Virus record (IMG/VR): IMGVR_UViG_3300029286_000014
Reading direction: 5' to 3' (one strand)
Length of the DNA: 64,000 nt
From: an uncultured virus (IMG/VR IMGVR_UViG_3300029286_000014)
Lineage: Duplodnaviria > Heunggongvirae > Uroviricota > Caudoviricetes
In this document: piece by piece, positions 59,738-64,000 of the stretch
Position numbering within the stretch: position 1 is the stretch's first letter
Layout: every line of letters begins with the position of its first letter
Made by a program: the position numbers and the translations under genes
Notes under the pieces: generated by a model
Database searches by the model: none
What the model saw: only the letters and a program-made list of their open reading frames with translations
What the model was told of the DNA's origin: nothing

Positions 59738-60118
59738 ATGAAGATAAGGGTTTCTAATGTGACGAATAGTTCGAGCACTTCTTTTTGTATAATTGGAAGA
59801 GTATTTGATGAAAATGAAATAATCGAAAATGAACATTTTATTAAGAAAATTAAAGAGTTGCTTCCTGGCTATGTTCTTGATAAGGATGTAGTAAGTAATT
59901 TATTGTATGAACTGAAAAGAAAACATAAAGAATTTTCAGGATATAATTCATATTCTCAATATGGCGATGATAATGTATATTTTGGAAAAGATATTCATGC
60001 ATGTGATGAGAATAAGACAATAAAAGAACATAAGGAAGAAGTTGCTAAAGTTTTTAATAATCTTTTTGGTGATAAAAAGAATGCAGAAATACTCACGGAT
60101 GGCTGGTATGATGGATAA
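59738..60118 (+). CDS. hypothetical protein with N-terminal KIRxxxVTNSSSTSF motif
   Basis: MKIRVSNVTNSSSTSFCI; AAGGAG RBS. Confidence 0.65.
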   Translation: MKIRVSNVTNSSSTSFCIIGRVFDENEIIENEHFIKKIKELLPGYVLDKDVVSNLLYELKRKHKEFSGYNSYSQYGDDNVYFGKDIHACDENKTIKEHKEEVAKVFNNLFGDKKNAEILTDGWYDG

Positions 60119-60971
60119 TATAGATACTTTACCAGATATTCAACACACAATGCTTCCTGAAGTTAAATTACCAATTTATCAAGTAGGAGTTGAAAACGTT
60201 AAAACAAAATTTCTACTAAGAGGAAAAGATGGAAGTGTAAATCACATACTGGCGAATGTTTCAATGTCAACTGATCTATCATCAGATATTAAAGGAATCT
60301 CAATGTCAAAATTATTGAGAACTTTAATAAAATATCTAGACACACCATTAAATCATGATGTTATTGATGAAATTTTGAGAGAATTTAGAATAGAAGTTGA
60401 AACAAATTCAAGTAATAGTTTTATTAGATTTGATTTTGAATATCCAATATTGAAACAAGCACCAATTTCTAAATTGGAATTCCCTCAATTTTACAAATGT
60501 ACATTTGAAGGAAGATTGATTGGAGACAAATTTAACTTTTATCAAAAAGTTGTTGTTCCGTATCAATCATATTGTGTTTGCTCGGCATCTTTGTGTAGTC
60601 ATTTGGAATTAAATGGTAAGAAAGGATTTCCTCATGCACAGAGAGCATTTGCAACTGTTTTGGTAGAAGTTCTTCTCCCAGAAATATTGTGGCTAGAAGA
60701 TATAATTGACATTGTTGAAAAAGCGGTCGTCAATGAAACATATCCACTTTTGAGAAGGAAAGATGAACAGGAAGTTGCAAGAATTGCAGCAGAGAATCCG
60801 ATGTTTGTGGAAGATGCAATTAGATTCATTTCAAAAGGATTAAATAGTGATCCTAGAATTTTTGATTGGATTGCAAAAAGTGTTCATGAAGAATCAATTC
60901 ATACATCTGAAGCAATCGCAATAAATTGGAAGGGAATAAAGGGAGGTTTCGATGGCCTTTTATTTCTTTAA
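60108..60971 (+). CDS. folE2: GTP cyclohydrolase I type 2 (FolE2)
   Basis: LPDIQ, VGVENV, KGISMSK, CxCS, PHAQR, NPMFVED, EESIH. Confidence 0.9.
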   Translation: MMDNIDTLPDIQHTMLPEVKLPIYQVGVENVKTKFLLRGKDGSVNHILANVSMSTDLSSDIKGISMSKLLRTLIKYLDTPLNHDVIDEILREFRIEVETNSSNSFIRFDFEYPILKQAPISKLEFPQFYKCTFEGRLIGDKFNFYQKVVVPYQSYCVCSASLCSHLELNGKKGFPHAQRAFATVLVEVLLPEILWLEDIIDIVEKAVVNETYPLLRRKDEQEVARIAAENPMFVEDAIRFISKGLNSDPRIFDWIAKSVHEESIHTSEAIAINWKGIKGGFDGLLFL

Positions 60972-60972
60972 A

Positions 60973-60995
60973 TTACTATATATATTAATTTGTGA
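60973..60995 (+). promoter_or_regulatory. putative early phage promoter TTAC-TATATATAT-T-AAT-TTG-TGA
   Basis: Last 19 nt identical to the copy at 39484-39502. Confidence 0.6.
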
Positions 60996-61045
60996 AAAAA
61001 AGAAACACATTGTTTTTATTTAAAAGTGAAAAAGGAGAATTTACA

Positions 61046-61822
61046 ATGGAGAATCTTGCAGAGTTAATAGAAAGTTTTAAAGAGGAAGTTGTTGAAGAAA
61101 CAACAAAGGAGGTTAAGGTGGAACCGAAAAAAATAAGTTTTGTAACTCTAAATGTGTGGGCAAAGAAGTACCGAGAAGATTTAAATACTTGTGATGTAAA
61201 ATTGATTCAAACAAAGAGTGATGATGTAGATCCCGAAGAAACGCTATTATTCAAAGCGACATCACCAAAATCCAAAAAGGATATCTACATTATTAAAAAT
61301 GCAACGAGTATGAGTCTTCCGGATCTCCCACCAATCAGTTGTTACTTTTACAACAATGGGGAATTAAAAGTAGTCTATGATGTTTCAGGACTAATTGATT
61401 GGACAGAGAAGGACAGGGCGACACCACCAGTTTTTCTGAAAGAATATGTTGGAAAATCTAACAACATATTGGTTTGGATGACTGAAATAGAACGAGAAGT
61501 AGATGTTCTTGAAAATGATGTCAAAGTAAAAACTAGCAAGGTTTACATTGTTCCATTTTCAAGCGTCAAGAAGAAAAGAACAGACATAGAAGCAATTGAT
61601 GTTGTTAAACCTGATTTGGACAGGCTGTTCGAAGGAATATCCTCACCGGTAAATATTGAAGACATTGCCCTCCAAGATTATCCACAGATTTTGAAGGTAA
61701 AGGATCAAATATCTGATCGGTTAGATGCGATTGATTGGCTTCTTAAAAGGGAGTCGTCAATGTATGACGCACATCATCAAAAGGTCTTAGACCAAATCCT
61801 GATATTTACTACAAAGTATTAA
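61046..61822 (+). CDS. hypothetical protein
   Basis: AAGGAG RBS before ATG 61046. Confidence 0.65.
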   Translation: MENLAELIESFKEEVVEETTKEVKVEPKKISFVTLNVWAKKYREDLNTCDVKLIQTKSDDVDPEETLLFKATSPKSKKDIYIIKNATSMSLPDLPPISCYFYNNGELKVVYDVSGLIDWTEKDRATPPVFLKEYVGKSNNILVWMTEIEREVDVLENDVKVKTSKVYIVPFSSVKKKRTDIEAIDVVKPDLDRLFEGISSPVNIEDIALQDYPQILKVKDQISDRLDAIDWLLKRESSMYDAHHQKVLDQILIFTTKY

Positions 61823-61825
61823 AAA

Positions 61826-62563
61826 ATGTTAATAAACAAAAGCTGTAATTTCTTTTTAAGGAATGTTTATAGTTACGATATTGCAGCTTGTCATCACACG
61901 ATCCTTTCTAATTTAGGGTTCGATGTATCTAAATTAGATAAGGAAGATAAAGATAAAAGAAATATCCAAATTGGACAAATGATGAAGGAAAATCCGAGAA
62001 TCACAACAATGTTGAGAGAAACAACAAACAGTTTGATTTCGGAATACCTCAATGTTAATAATATTAAAGAGGATGTAGACATCATCACAAGGCAATATGA
62101 TGGTGTCTTATCCTTGAAAAAGTTTGAAATACTAGACAGGTATATTCCTCTTTTGCTAAAAGAGATTTATACAATAATGATAATTTCATCAGATAGACAG
62201 AAATATATTGCGGTGAATGAATCTGGTGAAGTTATTGTAAAAGGTGTTTCAAATAAATACGAAGCGATGGATAATGTTTATAAAAAAATATTGAATATTA
62301 ATTTCATATCTAAAACAGATGTTTTCAAGAGTTTAGAAAAAATAAAAGAGAATATCATTAAAGGAATTGATATTGAGATTTATCTAATCCCAGATGGAGA
62401 ATATTATTCTGTATATTTTAAAGAATTTGGCAGAATAAGATTATCAAAAGTTTCCATTGATACAGATATACTTTCTATTGATGGAAACGACATAGATACA
62501 AATGTATATTATGATGTATATTTAAAGACCTTTATAAGGTCTATTGTTTATGACTTCATTTGA
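61826..62563 (+). CDS. small family-B DNA polymerase palm-like protein
   Basis: VYSYDIAACH (motif A-like), RNIQIG, RQYDGVL (motif C-like), KY....VIVKG. Confidence 0.5.
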   Translation: MLINKSCNFFLRNVYSYDIAACHHTILSNLGFDVSKLDKEDKDKRNIQIGQMMKENPRITTMLRETTNSLISEYLNVNNIKEDVDIITRQYDGVLSLKKFEILDRYIPLLLKEIYTIMIISSDRQKYIAVNESGEVIVKGVSNKYEAMDNVYKKILNINFISKTDVFKSLEKIKENIIKGIDIEIYLIPDGEYYSVYFKEFGRIRLSKVSIDTDILSIDGNDIDTNVYYDVYLKTFIRSIVYDFI

Positions 62564-62576
62564 GAAGGAGTTAAAC

Positions 62577-62663
62577 ATGGAAACATTTAAAAAATTTGTA
62601 AAAATAGTCCTCATTGGCTTTGGTATAATGATCGCAATTGCTGGTGGGGGAGCAATATGTTAA
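62577..62663 (+). CDS. small hydrophobic peptide (28 aa)
   Basis: AAGGAG RBS; METFKKFVKIVLIGFGIMIAIAGGGAIC. Confidence 0.45.
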   Translation: METFKKFVKIVLIGFGIMIAIAGGGAIC

Positions 62664-62685
62664 ACTGACAATAATCTAAACAAGA

Positions 62686-62713
62686 AGGAGTCAAATCGAC
62701 TCCTCTTTTTTTT
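62686..62713 (+). terminator. rho-independent terminator
   Basis: AGGAGTC-AAATC-GACTCCT followed by C and a T-tract. Confidence 0.8.
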
Positions 62714-62723
62714 GCTTTTATTT

Positions 62724-62740
62724 CCTAACAAAATATAAAA
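62724..62740 (+). promoter_or_regulatory. putative late promoter motif CCTAACAAAATATAAAA
   Basis: Immediately after a terminator and before an RBS; recurring motif. Confidence 0.5.
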
Positions 62741-62757
62741 GACAGGAAGTATAATCT

Positions 62758-63102
62758 ATGAACATATTAGAAAAATATTTAAGAAAAATTCAGTCTTCTT
62801 CAGAATCTGTTTTTCCAATGGATTCAGCTCATACGGGTAAGAAATTTGATCCTTCACCTCATTATGTATCAGCTGTGGAAGAGGAACATTCTTCAAAAGA
62901 AGAAGATCCAAATCGTTATGACATGAAGATTTCAGATATTTTAAAGAAAGTTGATATGTTTCCAGAACTTTTAAAAGACATTAAAAGAAAAATGAACGAT
63001 ACTAGTGATGAAAATGGGGAACCAATTGAAGAAGAACCCGATAAAGTTAAATCTGAAGACGATTTAAATAGTCAAATAGATAATGTTCCATTAGAAGACT
63101 AA
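62758..63102 (+). CDS. acidic hypothetical protein
   Basis: 114-aa ORF, AGGA RBS. Confidence 0.6.
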   Translation: MNILEKYLRKIQSSSESVFPMDSAHTGKKFDPSPHYVSAVEEEHSSKEEDPNRYDMKISDILKKVDMFPELLKDIKRKMNDTSDENGEPIEEEPDKVKSEDDLNSQIDNVPLED

Positions 63103-63115
63103 AGTCGAAAAATAC

Positions 63116-63132
63116 TTAGAACAAATGTAAAA
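63116..63132 (+). promoter_or_regulatory. putative late promoter motif TTAGAACAAATGTAAAA
   Basis: Intergenic, upstream of the tail tube-like gene. Confidence 0.5.
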
Positions 63133-63176
63133 TAACTACTTTTATTGAAAAAATAGTTTCAACGGAGGATTTAAAA

Positions 63177-63884
63177 ATGCCAAGGTCTGATGCGTATGCA
63201 AATGTGTTTGGAAATATTGCAACAAGAAGGTTTGGAGGAAATATTGGATGGGCTGATCCATATGTTTCAGGATATCATTTTATTTGGTTTGAAAGGTTGC
63301 CAGCGCAATTGCCGGCATATGTTTTAAATGAAGATATATCTTCTCCAACCCAGATTAAACAGCTTCTTGCTGCTTCTTGTATGAGGGTAACCCCCCCAGG
63401 TGGAACTTTAAACAGAATTGAGTTTAATGCTCTCGGTGGAACAAAATGGGGCGTACCAGGAAATGTTGATTATGGAAATCAGGTTGGAATACAATTCCTA
63501 GAATTTAGTAATACACCAATTCTTGAAATCTTGCACGGATGGTTTGAATTAATGAGAGATTCCATAACGGGTATGGCTGATTTTGATTCTAATTTAGCAA
63601 GTTACTCAAAGAATGAATATTCGGGGACTCTTCTCTATTTTACGTCAACACCAGATTTGAAAGGAATTGAATATTATGCATATTATGATGGCGTATTCCC
63701 ACTGAAAGATCCTCAGGATCTGTTCACTGGTGATATAACAGCAAGTGATAAACTTGAAATTGAACTTGATTTTAATGTCGATTATGTTTGGCATCAGGAT
63801 TGGGTTTATGAGAAAGCAACAGCACAGTTAGAAGAGTTCAGAACTAGTGCAATAGAAGTGAATGCAAACGGTTCATCATATTAA
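63177..63884 (+). CDS. tail tube protein-like (T4 gp19 fold)
   Basis: VTPPG.TL..IE...GG..VPG.VDY..IQFLE...W...RD..TG...Y.G.FP...LEIELDF pattern. Confidence 0.65.
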   Translation: MPRSDAYANVFGNIATRRFGGNIGWADPYVSGYHFIWFERLPAQLPAYVLNEDISSPTQIKQLLAASCMRVTPPGGTLNRIEFNALGGTKWGVPGNVDYGNQVGIQFLEFSNTPILEILHGWFELMRDSITGMADFDSNLASYSKNEYSGTLLYFTSTPDLKGIEYYAYYDGVFPLKDPQDLFTGDITASDKLEIELDFNVDYVWHQDWVYEKATAQLEEFRTSAIEVNANGSSY

Positions 63885-63927
63885 GTTTTAAAAAATAAAA
63901 ATAGATTAAAAAGAAAGGGGATCAAAG

Positions 63928-64000
63928 ATGTTTACAGGATTCGATGTAAAGTTACCAGAATACGAAGTAGTGACACCACAAACGAAAAATTCGTTTACAC
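63928..64000 (+). CDS. partial ORF, baseplate hub/tail assembly protein-like (runs off the window)
   Basis: MFTGFDVKLPEYEVVTPQT; the PxYE...P start resembles gp26/gp51-type proteins. Confidence 0.4.
   Translation, partial: MFTGFDVKLPEYEVVTPQTKNSFT

Noticed and set aside
1..64000. Minus-strand and nested alternative-frame ORFs in the track
   Set aside because: All overlap longer + strand genes with recognisable motifs, lack RBSs and have the composition of antisense shadows of AT-rich genes
1..64000. Stop-codon reassignment (code 15 or 4)
   Set aside because: Large genes are uninterrupted in code 11, and TAG and TGA both end genes at expected C-termini followed by new RBSs
1..64000. Cellular (bacterial/archaeal) chromosome or eukaryotic giant virus origin
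   Set aside because: Tail, baseplate and neck genes, SD-led coupled operons, divergent reduced RNAP subunits and absence of ribosomal or housekeeping context point to a tailed phage
1..64000. tRNA or rRNA genes
   Set aside because: Intergenic gaps are short and AT-rich, and no cloverleaf or T-loop GTTCGA context was found by eye

Overview
A very AT-rich, gene-dense segment of a large tailed (jumbo, myovirus-type) bacteriophage genome. All credible genes are on the + strand, use the standard code, and mostly have AGGAG-type ribosome-binding sites. It combines three modules. (1) A T4-like replication/recombination kit: clamp loader, PCNA-like clamp, primase, RNase H/5'-3' exonuclease, RecA/UvsX, UvsW-like and SNF2 helicases, an Mre11-Rad50 fusion, type II topoisomerase and class II ribonucleotide reductase. 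(2) T4-like virion genes: neck gp13-like, baseplate gp53- and gp5-like, tail tube. (3) A self-contained transcription system: TWO multisubunit RNA polymerases, each encoded as an unsplit beta'+beta pair in rpoC-rpoB order (30434-37648, virion-type; 53898-59701, non-virion-type), a probable AR9 gp226/phiKZ gp68-like promoter-specificity subunit (27412-28860), and two recurring intergenic motifs that look like early (TATATATAT-N-AAT) and late (AACAAAWWTAAA-like) promoters. Selfish elements are abundant: a clamp-loader gene fractured by an atypically split intein (16-aa N-intein) with a Vsr-like endonuclease between the halves; an HNH intein in nrdJ; three free-standing HNH endonucleases; and a TnpB-only IS200/IS605 element whose exact empty site can be reconstructed and whose right end supplies a new RBS+ATG for the gene it interrupted. 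Accessory genes include queD, folE2, khpA, an M48 peptidase, an outer-membrane beta-barrel (implying a diderm host) and three paralogous tail-anchored membrane proteins. No tRNA, rRNA or CRISPR array was seen. All family assignments come from motif recognition by eye, not from database searches.
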